64,000 bases of DNA from Planctomycetota bacterium (GTDB taxonomy: Bacteria > Planctomycetota > UBA11346), in assembly GCA_038231435.1 (NCBI GenBank), contig JBBRLJ010000015.1, positions 32,001-96,000 on the forward strand. Direction: 5' to 3'. Made by a program: the position numbers and the translations under genes. Below are positions 29,528 through 40,341 of the stretch, in pieces (within the stretch, counting starts at the first letter, position 1; every line of letters begins with the position of its first letter). The notes under the pieces were generated by a model, which had not been told where the DNA came from, searched no databases, and was given only the letters and a program-made list of their open reading frames with translations.

Positions 29528-31737
29528 TGGGGGGTTTTGCGCTGCTCGGTGCGGGATGGATGTGGCTGCTGCCGTTGGCGGCGCTGCCGGTGATCTTCCA
29601 TTTCGCCTACCGCCAGCGGCGCAAGAAGCTGCCGATGCCGTCCCTGCTCTTCTTCCAACGCCTGGAGCCCCGTCTGCAGTCGCGCAAGCGGCTGCGCGAC
29701 ATCCTGGTGCTGCTGTTGCGCGCGCTGGCGATCCTGCTGGTGCTGCTCGCGCTCGCGCGACCGCTGTGGCAGGGGCTGGGCGGCGGAGGTCCGGCGGCGG
29801 TGGTGCTGGTGGTCGACAATTCGGCGTCGATGCGCGCATCCTCGCGCGGCGCCGTGACATCGGCCACGCGCCTGGCCACCGCACTCGACGCCGCCGGCGC
29901 GCTGGTCGCGAACCTCGGCGCGCGTGATCGCGCCGGCATCGTGCTGAGCGTGCCCGACACCTGGGTGCCGGCGCTGCCCGAGCTGACGAGCGACCGCGCG
30001 CGGCTGCGCGCGGTGCTCGACCAGGTACGCGAGACCGACGCCTCGGGCGAACCCAGCGCGGCGATCACCCGCGCCGCGGCGCTACTCGCCGCCGACTCGT
30101 CGTCGCGCCGCGAGATCCACGTCTTCACCGATCTGCAGGAGCACGAATGGGGCGCGAGCCCGGCCGGTTCGCTCGAGCTGCCGCCCGGAACGGTGGTCAC
30201 CGTGCACCGCATCCTCGCCGGAGAGGCGCCGGTGAACGCGACGCTCGCCGAGCTGCGGCCATCCGATCGCGCCAGCCTCGCCGGTCGCCCGAGCCAGATG
30301 CGCGCTACGATCACCAATCCCGGCGGCAAGGACGCGGCCATCACCGTATCGGTCGCCGACGATTCGGGCCATCACCTCGCGCAGACCTCGACGGTGCCGG
30401 CGAAGGGCCGCATCGATCTCCCGGTCGCGATCCCGGCTGCCGCTCCGGGCATGCACTGGGCGCGGGTGTGGATCGATGGCGACCAGCTCGCCGGCGATAA
30501 CGACGGTTACATCGCCTTCCGCTGCGCCGCGAAGCGTTCGTTCGCGCTGGTGGGCGTGCGCAAGGATTTCGGCACCCTGCCGCTCGCGCTCGCGCCCGCG
30601 GCCGACGGCTCGCTGTCAGGGCTCGCCCCATCCTACATCGATGTCGCTGGGATGCGCGCCGCGCTGGAGGCCAAGCCTGTGCTGCTGGCGATCCCGTGGG
30701 ATGTGCTGCCCGCTCTCGATCCGGCACTGCTCGAGAGCGTCCGCGCGTACGTCGACCACGGTGGCCGCCTGCTGGTGGCTCCGCGTGCCACAGCCAATGC
30801 CAAAGGTAGTCAGCAGAATCCGCAGGCTCCACCGGCATTGCCGAGCTGGATCGGCGTCGCCGGCGCGGCGCCGGTCGGCAACGCCGCCGGCATCCCGCTG
30901 ATGGCGCTGGACGCACGCGCTTCGCTGTGGCGTGATCTGGTGGGCCCCGATGGCGCGGTGCGACTCGGCCGCGCGCGCGCGTTCGTCGCCCTGCCGCTGA
31001 CCTTCGATCAGGGCAACACCGGCGACAAGGGTGCGACCGGCGCGCTCGGCCTGGAGGACGGGCGGCCGATCATCGCTGAACGTACGCTCGGCGCCGGCGT
31101 GATCTATGTCTCGGGCATCGCCTTCGCTCCGAGCTGGAGCACCTTGCCGCTGCAGCCCGGATTCCTGGCCATCGCCCAGGCCATGGCGCTGCCGCCGGCG
31201 GGCTCTGATGCTGGCCTGCGCCTGCTCGCCGGCGAGGCGCCGCGGCTGCCCGCCGGCACCGTTACCGGGCCCGCGCGCGCGCGGTCGGTGGCGGGCGCGG
31301 CCTTCGACTGGCAGGGCGCCTCGGATGCGCCGGGCGGATTGCCGCCGTTCCCGCGCGCCGGCGTGTACGCGCTCTCGATCGGCGATCAGGAATTCGTGGT
31401 GTCGGTGCGCGCCTCTCCCGGCGAGGGCCTGCCCGGCTGCGTCGCTGGCGACACGGCACCGGCGCTCGGCGCGCTGCGCCACCGCGTCGAGGATTTCCAT
31501 GGCGGCGATGACATGGTCGCGGCCTGGCGGCGCGGCCGCACCGGGCTCGAGGCGATGCCGTGGCTCCTGGCGCTGGCGTTTGCGGCGGTGCTCGCCGAGG
31601 GCTGGCTCGCCAACCGCTCGCTGGTGCGGCCGCGCGCGGTCCAGTCATCCAGCGTTGGCATGCCCGCCGGTGCTGCCGGAGGCCTTGGCGGGGGTGCGGA
31701 CGGCAAGCCCGGCAGCGACAAGGGCAGAGCCGCATGA
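29527..31737 (+). CDS. BatA-domain / vWA membrane protein
   Basis: LPVIFHF..PSLLF..LLLRAL..LARP BatA N-terminus, MIDAS DNSAS, VFTDLQ, C-terminal TM EGWLA. Confidence 0.87.
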   Translation: MGGFALLGAGWMWLLPLAALPVIFHFAYRQRRKKLPMPSLLFFQRLEPRLQSRKRLRDILVLLLRALAILLVLLALARPLWQGLGGGGPAAVVLVVDNSASMRASSRGAVTSATRLATALDAAGALVANLGARDRAGIVLSVPDTWVPALPELTSDRARLRAVLDQVRETDASGEPSAAITRAAALLAADSSSRREIHVFTDLQEHEWGASPAGSLELPPGTVVTVHRILAGEAPVNATLAELRPSDRASLAGRPSQMRATITNPGGKDAAITVSVADDSGHHLAQTSTVPAKGRIDLPVAIPAAAPGMHWARVWIDGDQLAGDNDGYIAFRCAAKRSFALVGVRKDFGTLPLALAPAADGSLSGLAPSYIDVAGMRAALEAKPVLLAIPWDVLPALDPALLESVRAYVDHGGRLLVAPRATANAKGSQQNPQAPPALPSWIGVAGAAPVGNAAGIPLMALDARASLWRDLVGPDGAVRLGRARAFVALPLTFDQGNTGDKGATGALGLEDGRPIIAERTLGAGVIYVSGIAFAPSWSTLPLQPGFLAIAQAMALPPAGSDAGLRLLAGEAPRLPAGTVTGPARARSVAGAAFDWQGASDAPGGLPPFPRAGVYALSIGDQEFVVSVRASPGEGLPGCVAGDTAPALGALRHRVEDFHGGDDMVAAWRRGRTGLEAMPWLLALAFAAVLAEGWLANRSLVRPRAVQSSSVGMPAGAAGGLGGGADGKPGSDKGRAA

Positions 31738-33992
31738 GCATCCCCCTGGTCTGGCAGCCGCACGCGCCGGCATTGGCGATCGCCGCGCTGGCAATAGCGG
31801 CGGTGGTGTGGGTGTTCATGCTCACCCGCGTGCTGCGCCACCGCTGGGACGCGCGCGAGACCTGGTGGCTGCTCGCGCCGAAGTGCGCGGTGCTGGCCCT
31901 GCTGCTGGTCGCCCTCCTGGATCCGGCCTTCGAGCACGAGGACGCGTCGGGCGCGTCGCGCTCGCTGCTGGTGCTCATCGACCAGTCGAGCTCGATGGAC
32001 GTCAAGGACGGTGCCGGCGGCGCGAGCAGGCGCGAGCGCGCCGAGCGCATCGCCCAGACCCTGCGTCCGCCCAAGGGCGTGACCATGACCACGCGCTGGT
32101 TCGACAGCGCCCTGCATGACCAGCCATCCGCGTCGGCGGCTGCGCCCGTTTCCGGCGAGCGCGGCACCGATCTCGGCGCCTGCTTGCAGGCGGCCGCGCG
32201 CGAGGCCGCCGCCGGCAACTGCGTCGGCGTGGTGGTGGTCAGCGATGGAGGCGACGAGTCGATCGCCACCGAGGGCATGCCCTCGGCGCCGATCTCGGCG
32301 ATCGGCATCGGCGCGGATCCGGCGCTGTGGAAGGATCTGGCAATCGCCGATCTGCAGGCTCCGGCGATAGTCGAGCGCGACATCGATTTCGAGATCTCGG
32401 CCGATCTCGCGGCCACCGGTGACGAGGCCTTCCTTGGAGGCCTGTCGGCGGTGCCGGCAGTGCTCGAACTGCGCGTGCGTGCCCCTGACCCGAGCAAGGG
32501 CGCCGACAATGACCCTGGCGCGGGGACGTGGCGGGAAGTCGAGCGCAAGAACCTCGACCTGCGCCACGGTCGCGCGCGCGCGTCGTTCCGCCTCAAGGCC
32601 AGCGATCCCGGTTCCGCGCGCTACCGCGTCGGCGTCGCCGCCATTCCCGGCGAGCTGTCCATCTTGAACAACCGCCGCGAGGCCGCCGTCGACGTGCAGG
32701 AGCGCGCGCTGCACGTGCTGTACTTCACGCGTTCGATCGGGCTGGATTTCAAGTCGATGCGCTCGGAGCTGGCGCGCGATTCGGGCATCAGCTTCACTGC
32801 GCTCTACCGCACCGTGAGCGGACGCCTGTCGTCCTCGGGCGGCGAGCGCTTCACCGTGCAGGGCGACCGCATCGCCGGCGACGACGATCTCGGCGCCGGC
32901 TTTCCCAAGGAGGCCAAAGCCCTCGCCCGCTACGACTGCGTGGTGCTGGGCTCGTTCGCAGCCAACAGCTGGAACGAGACCGAGCAGCGGCTGCTCGCCG
33001 ACTACGTGGCGAACGGCGGCTCGGCGGTGTTCCTCGGCGGCGAGGAGTCCTTCGGCGCCGGCGGCTACGCCGCGTCTCCGTTGGCTCCCCTGATGCCGTG
33101 GCAGCTGAGCGACGGCGAGCCGGCGATGGCGCGCGGCGACTTTCCCGTGAACGTGCCGCCTGCCGCCGCCGCCAGCGCGGTGGTGCAGGGGATCGGCGAG
33201 CTGCTCGGCCAGGCCGCGGCGGTGGCGAGTCTCAACCAGCCAGGTCCGCTGCGCGGAGGCGCCACCGCGCTGATGCAGGCCTCGAGCGGCAACACCACCG
33301 TCGCGCTGGTAGCGGCCCAGCCGTACGGCAAGGGCAAGGTCATCGGCATCGCCAGCGATACGCTGTGGCGGTTGGCGCGTTCAGGTCGTAGCGGCGACAG
33401 CGCCTACGGCCTGCTGTGGCGCCAGGCGGTGCGTTGGCTGGCGGATCGCGGTGAGGGTGGCCGCGTGCTGCGCGTGTCCTGGGACAAGGCCCGCTACCGC
33501 CCGGGGGAGATCGCGCAGGCCACCGTGCGCGTGACCGCGCCGGGTGCGAAGGTGCGCCTGTCGGCGTCGCTCGAGCTGGGGGCCACGCGCTCGGACCTCA
33601 CGGTATCGCCCGCCGCCGGACAGGCCGATGCGTGGACGGTGTCGGCGCCGTTCGGCGCGCGCGGCGACTACCGCGTGCGCATCGTCGCCTACCAGGCAGA
33701 CGCCACGCTCGAGAGCTATGAGAAGGCTCTCGAGGTTGCGCCGCTCCTGCCCGAGGGCGCGCGTCTCGCTCGCGACGATGCCGGACTCAAGCAGCTCGCC
33801 GAAGCCCACGGCGGCGTCTACGCGGGCGAGGAGGCGACCGGCGCGATCGAGCCCTGGATCGCCTCGCTGGCGCGCGCGCGGGGGGTGGTCGCTGCGAAAT
33901 CGCTGGTGTTCTCGACGCCCGGTTGGCTGATCTTGCTGCTAACCGCACTCGTGCTGGAGTGGACGATTCGGCGGCGGAGGAATCTGCTATGA
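31734..33992 (+). CDS. vWA plus class I glutamine-amidotransferase-like membrane protein
   Basis: TM pair, DQSSS MIDAS, VVSDG, YDCVVLG..VANGG..LGG..FGAGGY..PLAPLMP, ends EWTIRRR. Confidence 0.83.
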   Translation: MSIPLVWQPHAPALAIAALAIAAVVWVFMLTRVLRHRWDARETWWLLAPKCAVLALLLVALLDPAFEHEDASGASRSLLVLIDQSSSMDVKDGAGGASRRERAERIAQTLRPPKGVTMTTRWFDSALHDQPSASAAAPVSGERGTDLGACLQAAAREAAAGNCVGVVVVSDGGDESIATEGMPSAPISAIGIGADPALWKDLAIADLQAPAIVERDIDFEISADLAATGDEAFLGGLSAVPAVLELRVRAPDPSKGADNDPGAGTWREVERKNLDLRHGRARASFRLKASDPGSARYRVGVAAIPGELSILNNRREAAVDVQERALHVLYFTRSIGLDFKSMRSELARDSGISFTALYRTVSGRLSSSGGERFTVQGDRIAGDDDLGAGFPKEAKALARYDCVVLGSFAANSWNETEQRLLADYVANGGSAVFLGGEESFGAGGYAASPLAPLMPWQLSDGEPAMARGDFPVNVPPAAAASAVVQGIGELLGQAAAVASLNQPGPLRGGATALMQASSGNTTVALVAAQPYGKGKVIGIASDTLWRLARSGRSGDSAYGLLWRQAVRWLADRGEGGRVLRVSWDKARYRPGEIAQATVRVTAPGAKVRLSASLELGATRSDLTVSPAAGQADAWTVSAPFGARGDYRVRIVAYQADATLESYEKALEVAPLLPEGARLARDDAGLKQLAEAHGGVYAGEEATGAIEPWIASLARARGVVAAKSLVFSTPGWLILLLTALVLEWTIRRRRNLL

Positions 33993-35161
33993 GGACTACA
34001 TGTGGCGTGCGGTGTGCGGCGTGCGGCGTGCGGCGGACGCTGGTCCGGGCCGCGAACGTCGTGGCGTGGATACTGCTATTCATCATGTCGCCGCCATCGC
34101 CATCGTGCCAGGCCGCGGAGGGCGCTGATCCCGCCGCCACCGTGGCTCCGGAGTCTCCGGCGAAGGCGAGCGGGTGCGTGCAGTATTCCGACGGCACGGT
34201 GGTCGAGGGCACGGTGGCCCTCACCCAGGCGGTGCAGGTGCACGATGGCAAGACCAATCGCGACATCCCGGCGGCGCAGGTGCGCGAGATCCGCCTAAGC
34301 CCGGAGAGCGAGGAGATGGTGCGGCAGTGGCGCTTCATCGAGCCCGGCCAGCCGAAGAAGGAATACATCGGCGAGCCCTATCCCGTCCGCCATCTGGTGG
34401 CGACGGTGATCACCATGGCCGGCGAAGAGCTCACGGGCCACCTCTACACCACGGTGGTCTACGTCAGCCCCGCCGATCGGCCTGACGATCGCGATCGCCT
34501 GGTGCTGCCGGCGAAGCAGCAAGGCAAGCCCGGCGACACCCTGGCGGCGGTGGTCTATCCGGTGCGCATCGCCATCAGCCATGCGCTGGACGCCGCGGCC
34601 GAGGCATCCGGCACCACCCTGCGCCTGCGTGGCGGAAACGCGGTGGCCAAACCCGAGGTGGTGCTGATCGCCCGCGAATCGCTCGCGCGCACCGAGGCGG
34701 CGCCCCTGGTCGACGCCGGATCGTACCGGCTCGCCGCTCCGGTCTCGCCGCCGATCTTCCTCGCCGCGCGCGCTGGAGCCGCCATCGAGGTGGCGTGGCC
34801 GGCGGCCGCCGACCCGGCCGTCGCCAAGCTGGTCGCCGGCGCGGTCACCGACGCCCAGGATTTCCTCGACCAGCGCACCGTGCTGGGGACGCTCGCGGAT
34901 GGTGAGGAACAGGTCTACGCGCTGCTGATGCTGCGCCGTGTCGGGCCGACCACCCTGGAGGGGGATAAGAAGCCCTGGCGGCTGGAAGTATGGCGCTGGA
35001 AACGGGATCCGGCGAGCGATCGGCTGCTGTGGGCGGGGCGGAGCTACTTCTTCCGCGGCAACGTCGCCAACGGGGCGGACCTGCCGAGCGTACATGTGAA
35101 CCAGGCCTGGTGGACGCAGAAGGCGTCTGCGGGCACATGCGAGGTGGGCGATGAGCGCTGA
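33989..35161 (+). CDS. Secreted hypothetical protein
   Basis: ATGA overlap, hydrophobic signal segment, operon context. Confidence 0.7.
   Translation: MRTTCGVRCAACGVRRTLVRAANVVAWILLFIMSPPSPSCQAAEGADPAATVAPESPAKASGCVQYSDGTVVEGTVALTQAVQVHDGKTNRDIPAAQVREIRLSPESEEMVRQWRFIEPGQPKKEYIGEPYPVRHLVATVITMAGEELTGHLYTTVVYVSPADRPDDRDRLVLPAKQQGKPGDTLAAVVYPVRIAISHALDAAAEASGTTLRLRGGNAVAKPEVVLIARESLARTEAAPLVDAGSYRLAAPVSPPIFLAARAGAAIEVAWPAAADPAVAKLVAGAVTDAQDFLDQRTVLGTLADGEEQVYALLMLRRVGPTTLEGDKKPWRLEVWRWKRDPASDRLLWAGRSYFFRGNVANGADLPSVHVNQAWWTQKASAGTCEVGDER
34001..34035 (+). repeat. Heptamer simple-sequence repeat (TGCGGCG)x5, imperfect
   Basis: tgtggcg tgcggtg tgcggcg tgcggcg tgcggcg. Confidence 0.8.
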
Positions 35162-38100
35162 ACCATTGGTCGATCAGCAGGTGCGGCGCGAACTGCGCCG
35201 CGTCGGCAGCCGCATGAAGTGGTCGCGACTCGCGTTCGGCGTGTGCTGGTGGCTCGCCATCGTCGGCATGCTGTGCATGGCGCTGTTCCTGCTCGACAAC
35301 CTCCTGCACCTGCCCGCGGCCCTGCGCCTACTCGCGACCCTGGCCGCGATCGCCGTGGCGGCGCGAGAATTCGTCCGCCGCATCGCCGTGCCAGCGCTCG
35401 AACGCATGAGCCCCGAGCGCGCCGCGCGCACCATCGAGAGCCATACCGGTCGCGCCGACAACCTGCTGATCAACGCCTGCCAGTTCGAAGGCGCCGCGCT
35501 CGCCGAGCACGAGAAGTCGCTGGTCTCATCCTCGCTGCAGGGGGCGCGCCTGATCGTGCGCGCGGTGCCGCTGTCGAGCCTGTGCGGACTCAAGCGCCTC
35601 GCCGCGTGGGCGGCCCTGGCTGCCGTCGTCGGCGCCGGTTGGGTCGCCTACCACGCCGCATCTCCCGACAAGCTCAGCAACGCGTTCCAGCGCTTCGCCC
35701 TGCCCTTGGGCGACGTGCCGCCGGTGGGGTCGGTGGCCCTCACTCTGGAGCCCGGCCATGACGTGGTGGTTGCCGAGGGATCGGACGTGGTGGTGTCGGT
35801 GCTCGCGCGCTCGGCCGCCACCCCGCCCGCGCCATCCCTGGTGTGGAGCGAATCCGCGCGCGCGGTCGCTGCCGAGGCGCCGCTCGGCGAGACCGTCACG
35901 CTCGCCGCTGACGCCGAGCATGGCGCGGGGGCATACGTCGCGCGCTTCGCCGCCGTCCGCCGCTCGTTCGCGTTCCGAGTCTTCTGCGCCGACAGCTGCA
36001 CCCGCTCGGTGCGCGTCACCGTCGCACCGCAGCCGCGGCTGACCGCGGCGTCGTTCACCGTGACGCCGCCGGCGTACATCGGCGGCAAGCCCGCGGCCAT
36101 GCCCGGTCCGCCCGCCACACTGACGGTGCTTGCCGGGTCGCGCGTCGAGTTCAGCGCCACCGTCGCGCCCCAGGTCGAGTCGCTCGCCTGGCGCCTGGGC
36201 GAGGCCCAGGGCGCGTGCCGCCGCGAGGGCGAGCGCTGGCTGGTGGCGGCGACGATCAGCGAGGCGACGCCCTACGAGGTGGTCACCGGCGGATCCGCGG
36301 GAGTGAAGGACCCGACCGGGATCGTCATCAGCCGTGGAGCGGTGCAGCTCCAAGCGGATGCGCCCCCGGTGGTCGAACTCGCCGGCGCCGACGCCAACCA
36401 GCTGCTGCTGCCGGGCGCGATGCTCGCCTTGCGCATCCAGTCGAGCGACGACCACGGCCTGCGCGAAGTCGGGCTCGCCGCGCGCGATAGCTCCGGCGGC
36501 GATCCCTGGCACGTGAAGGACTGGCGCTACATCGGCCCACCGGGGCCGACGACTTCCGACGAGCGTTTCGAGCTGACGCTCGATCCGGCGCGCTTCCTCC
36601 CCGGCCACAGCTACGTGCTCGAGGCCCAGGCCGGCGATTGGGCGCCGCGCGGCCAGCTCGGCCGCTCGAAGCCGGTGGTGCTGCGCATCAAGGCCCTCGG
36701 CGACATCAGCGCGGCCGATCCGGCCGAGAGCGAAGCCGTGAACGCGCTGAAGGATGCGATCGCCCACCAGCGCGAAGCCGCGGGCCAGACCGACAACCTG
36801 ATCGCCGATCTCGCCGACGCGCTCGCGCACCAGCGTCTGCCGCAGCACCGCGATGCCATCGCGGCCAAGCAGGGCCAGGCCCAGGGCGACGGCCGCAAAG
36901 CGCGCGACGAGTTCGCGAAGCACCACGACGACGCGATCGCTCGCCAGCTGAATTCGCTGGTCGAGGGCGAGATGGGCCTGGTGCTCGCGCAGCTCGCGGC
37001 GCTGGACGCGGTCGCGGCGAAGGCGCAGGACAAGCTGCCCGCGAAGCTCGCCGCCGCGCGCGACCGCCAGCAGTTCATCCTCTCGGGCCTGATCGCGCTG
37101 CTGGGCGAGGCGGTGTCGCGTGAGCAGGACCGCAAGAAAACCAAGGTCGCGGGCAAGGACGATCCCGACGCGCTGCCCACCAACACCCGCGACGCGATCA
37201 AATCCGATATCGACGATCTCAAGGATTTCCTGCGTGAGCAGAACCGCATCGTCGCCAAGAGCCGCTCGCTCATGGACGGCAAGCCGCTCGACCTGAGCGA
37301 CGACAAGGCCGAGATCCTCGGCGAGCTGGCGCGCGAAGAGGCCAAGCAGGCCAAGTTCCTCGAGGAGAAGCTCACCGACTTCAGCAAGCTGCCGAAGCAG
37401 GACTTCGCCGACTCGTCGCTGGCCCAGGAGTTCAACGAGGTCTGGCAGGAGGTCAGCAAGGCCGACGAGGCGCTCTACAAGCAGGCGGTCGAGCTGGCGG
37501 TGCCGCACGAGCAGTCGGGTCTCGAACTCGCAAAGGAGCTCGAGAACAACCTCGAGCGCTGGCTCTCATCGCATAAGGACAACATGCAGTGGAAGATGGA
37601 GGAGGCGCTGCAGCCCGCCGATGTGCCGGTGTCCGAGCTGCCCAAGGAGCTCGAGGACATCGTCGGGGAGCTGCTCGACAAGGAGGAGGAGATGCAGGCC
37701 GACGTCGAGGACTTCTCGAGCGCCTGGATGGACAACATCGACAAGGGCGCTGGCTGGGATGCCGGCGACGGCCCGATCTCGGACATGAGCGCCAAAGGCG
37801 TCACCGGCAACCTGCTGCCCAACCAGAACGAGGTCTCGGGCCGCTCGGGCGAGGGCCGCACCGGCAAGAGCCACGGCCAGATGGTCGAGGAGACCGCCTC
37901 GGGGAAGGGCGGCCGTGAGACGCCGTCGCGGCTCGATCCCGGTCCGTTCGAGCAGGGCAGCGTCAAGGATACCGCCAAGGACGACCAGGGCGGGCCGACC
38001 GGCGGCGGCAAGGTATCGGGCTACGCGGCCGAGGGCCTGCGCGGACCGGTACCTCCGCCCCTGCAGGCGCAGATGGCGCGGCTCGCCGGAGCGCAGGCGC

Positions 38101-38438
38101 AGATCAAGCAGGAGGCCGGCGCGCTGGCACTGGAGATGCGCCAGCGCCACGTCTCGAGCGGCAATCTCGAGAGCGCGGTCCAGGCCATGCAGGGGATCGA
38201 GGACGCCGCCAAGAAAGGCAACGGCGGAGCGATCCGCCAACGCTACAGCGAGGTCGTCGGCGCGCTCAAGGCGGCGCGCAAGGAAGCCGACGCGCCCGGT
38301 ACGCTCCACCACGAGCGCATCGATCTCGGCCACCGCGAGCGCGACGCGCAGCTGCAGGGCGGAGCCGACCACGTGCCTACCGGCTACGAGGACATGGCCA
38401 GCCAGTACTTCAAGGCGCTCGCCGAGGAAGGCCAGTGA
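35151..38438 (+). CDS. Large DUF4175-like membrane protein with Ig-like domains and coiled-coil tail
   Basis: N-terminal TMs, VTPPAY, DAPPVVE..SDDHGL, long helical acidic region, terminal VPTGYEDMASQYFKAL. Confidence 0.75.
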   Translation: MSAEPLVDQQVRRELRRVGSRMKWSRLAFGVCWWLAIVGMLCMALFLLDNLLHLPAALRLLATLAAIAVAAREFVRRIAVPALERMSPERAARTIESHTGRADNLLINACQFEGAALAEHEKSLVSSSLQGARLIVRAVPLSSLCGLKRLAAWAALAAVVGAGWVAYHAASPDKLSNAFQRFALPLGDVPPVGSVALTLEPGHDVVVAEGSDVVVSVLARSAATPPAPSLVWSESARAVAAEAPLGETVTLAADAEHGAGAYVARFAAVRRSFAFRVFCADSCTRSVRVTVAPQPRLTAASFTVTPPAYIGGKPAAMPGPPATLTVLAGSRVEFSATVAPQVESLAWRLGEAQGACRREGERWLVAATISEATPYEVVTGGSAGVKDPTGIVISRGAVQLQADAPPVVELAGADANQLLLPGAMLALRIQSSDDHGLREVGLAARDSSGGDPWHVKDWRYIGPPGPTTSDERFELTLDPARFLPGHSYVLEAQAGDWAPRGQLGRSKPVVLRIKALGDISAADPAESEAVNALKDAIAHQREAAGQTDNLIADLADALAHQRLPQHRDAIAAKQGQAQGDGRKARDEFAKHHDDAIARQLNSLVEGEMGLVLAQLAALDAVAAKAQDKLPAKLAAARDRQQFILSGLIALLGEAVSREQDRKKTKVAGKDDPDALPTNTRDAIKSDIDDLKDFLREQNRIVAKSRSLMDGKPLDLSDDKAEILGELAREEAKQAKFLEEKLTDFSKLPKQDFADSSLAQEFNEVWQEVSKADEALYKQAVELAVPHEQSGLELAKELENNLERWLSSHKDNMQWKMEEALQPADVPVSELPKELEDIVGELLDKEEEMQADVEDFSSAWMDNIDKGAGWDAGDGPISDMSAKGVTGNLLPNQNEVSGRSGEGRTGKSHGQMVEETASGKGGRETPSRLDPGPFEQGSVKDTAKDDQGGPTGGGKVSGYAAEGLRGPVPPPLQAQMARLAGAQAQIKQEAGALALEMRQRHVSSGNLESAVQAMQGIEDAAKKGNGGAIRQRYSEVVGALKAARKEADAPGTLHHERIDLGHRERDAQLQGGADHVPTGYEDMASQYFKALAEEGQ

Positions 38439-39214
38439 CCGTTCGTCGCTGGTCGTGGCCGTCTGACATGGCGTCGATGATGCTGTCGGTGCTGGCGCCG
38501 ATGCTGATCGCGTCGGCGCTCATCGGCGCGGAACCGTCAGCGGTCCCGCCAAGCGACCATCCCGGTGACAAGGCCGCCGCCGAAGTCGCGAAGTCGACTG
38601 CATCGAAATCTGGGGCGGACGCCACGGAGGCGGCGAAGACCGTCGGCGGCAACCTGCTTGCCAACGGCGACTTCTCCGCCGCGGATGCGAAGGATGCGAC
38701 CCGCCCCGCGCATTGGGATCAGCCCGATGGTCTCGGCGTCCAGTGGCTCGCGGCTCCAGACGGCACGGGCAAGGCCATCCGCGTCGACACCGCGATTAGC
38801 GAGCAGGCGATGGTCGCGCAGTGGAAGAAAGTCGGCATCACGATGTGGGACATCCCCAAGGCGAGTGGCGGTGCAGTCGCCGAGACCTATGGCTTGTCGC
38901 TGTATTCGGAGTCCTTCCCCATCGAGGCCAAGGCCTCGTACCGCCTGAGCTATGACTTCCAAGGCAATGCGGGTGGCGTCAAGGTGTGGGTGCGTGGTTA
39001 CGGGTTGATGAAGAACGAGAAACGCCGCCTCTACGAAGCGGTGATCAATGGTCTCGGCAGCGGCGCGGGCTGGCATACCGTGGTGCACGACTTCCATCCC
39101 ACCGAGCACACGCCGGCGGTCACTGAGATGAAGGTGATGCTCTTCGCGTACTACCCGGCTGCGGTCTACTGGTTCAGGAATGTGAAGATCGAGAAGCTCG
39201 CCGACAAGCTTTGA
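38435..39214 (+). CDS. Secreted protein with CBM4/9-like galactose-binding-fold domain
   Basis: Signal peptide, NLLANGDFS..W, YRLSYD and YWFRNVKIE; GTGA overlap. Confidence 0.7.
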   Translation: MTVRRWSWPSDMASMMLSVLAPMLIASALIGAEPSAVPPSDHPGDKAAAEVAKSTASKSGADATEAAKTVGGNLLANGDFSAADAKDATRPAHWDQPDGLGVQWLAAPDGTGKAIRVDTAISEQAMVAQWKKVGITMWDIPKASGGAVAETYGLSLYSESFPIEAKASYRLSYDFQGNAGGVKVWVRGYGLMKNEKRRLYEAVINGLGSGAGWHTVVHDFHPTEHTPAVTEMKVMLFAYYPAAVYWFRNVKIEKLADKL

Positions 39215-39444
39215 ACAACAGCTGCGCGGCGGCGATTCCGGCGGATATCCAGATGTGATCTCGACGGAGAGTGCCCGAGGCATGGTCGGTAGACCAGGTC
39301 GATACCCCTGGAGGGGCGCACCGCCTCCCGCGCCACCGCGGATCCTTCGGCGAAAAGGCCCCATCTCCCGGTCCGGAGTGATGCGCCAGCCACGACTGCG
39401 ATGAAAATCGCGGGCCTGGCTGCGTACGTGACGATGATCCCGCC

Positions 39445-40341
39445 ATGCCAGCAGCCGCCTCGCCGCTCCATGTCGCTCAGCTGGTCACCGCGCTCAAGCG
39501 CTGGGCCGCGGCCACGGTGCTCGCGTGCGTCGCCGGAAGCGCATGGGCCCATGGCGACCTCCATGAGCGCATCCTCGCACTGAGTGCTGAGATCGCCGCG
39601 CACCCCGACGACGCGCGGCTGTACCGCGCGCGCGCCGACCTCTATCGCGAGCACGGCGAGCCGGAACCCGCCCTCGTGGATCTCGACCGCGTCGCTGCGC
39701 TCGAGCCGGGATCCCCGCGGCTGCATCTCGCCTACGCCCTGGTTCGTGCCGATCAGGGCCGCTGGGTCGAGGCCAGGGCCGAGCTCGATCGCCAACTGCT
39801 CGCCACACCATGCGATGGCCAGGCCCTGACCCTGCGCGGAAACGCCGAAGAACGGCTCGGAGCCCACGGCGCCGCGATCGCGGACTTCACCGCGGCGATC
39901 GCCCAGGCGATCGCCGACAACGATGTCGACCCAGAATTGTACTGCGCGCGCGCCCGCGCCTCGGCCGCGCTGGGCGACGAGCACCTCGCCGAGGCGATCC
40001 GCGGGCTCGACGACGGCTGCGAACGCCTCGGATCGCCGATCGCCCTCATGCTGCTCGCCGTCGATCTCGAAACGCGCTCGGGAGCTATCGACGCCGCGCT
40101 CGAGCGGCTCGATCGCATCGTCGCCGCGAGCCAGGCCAAGGATCGCTGGCTGGCGCGCCGCGGCGATCTGCTCGCGGCCGCCGGCCGCGCCGGCGAGGCG
40201 CGTTCGGCCTACGCGGCGGCGCTCGCGGCCATCGCTGGACTTCCCGAGGATCGCCGTGGCAACCCGGAGACCCAGGCGCTGGCGCAGCGACTCGATCGTT
40301 CGATCTCCGCGCTCGCACTCGGCGGCGGAGATCATCCATGA
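39445..40341 (+). CDS. Secreted tetratricopeptide repeat protein
   Basis: AWA-HGDLHERI signal cleavage, multiple TPR motifs (ALVDLDRVAALEP, AIADFTAAI). Confidence 0.82.
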   Translation: MPAAASPLHVAQLVTALKRWAAATVLACVAGSAWAHGDLHERILALSAEIAAHPDDARLYRARADLYREHGEPEPALVDLDRVAALEPGSPRLHLAYALVRADQGRWVEARAELDRQLLATPCDGQALTLRGNAEERLGAHGAAIADFTAAIAQAIADNDVDPELYCARARASAALGDEHLAEAIRGLDDGCERLGSPIALMLLAVDLETRSGAIDAALERLDRIVAASQAKDRWLARRGDLLAAAGRAGEARSAYAAALAAIAGLPEDRRGNPETQALAQRLDRSISALALGGGDHP

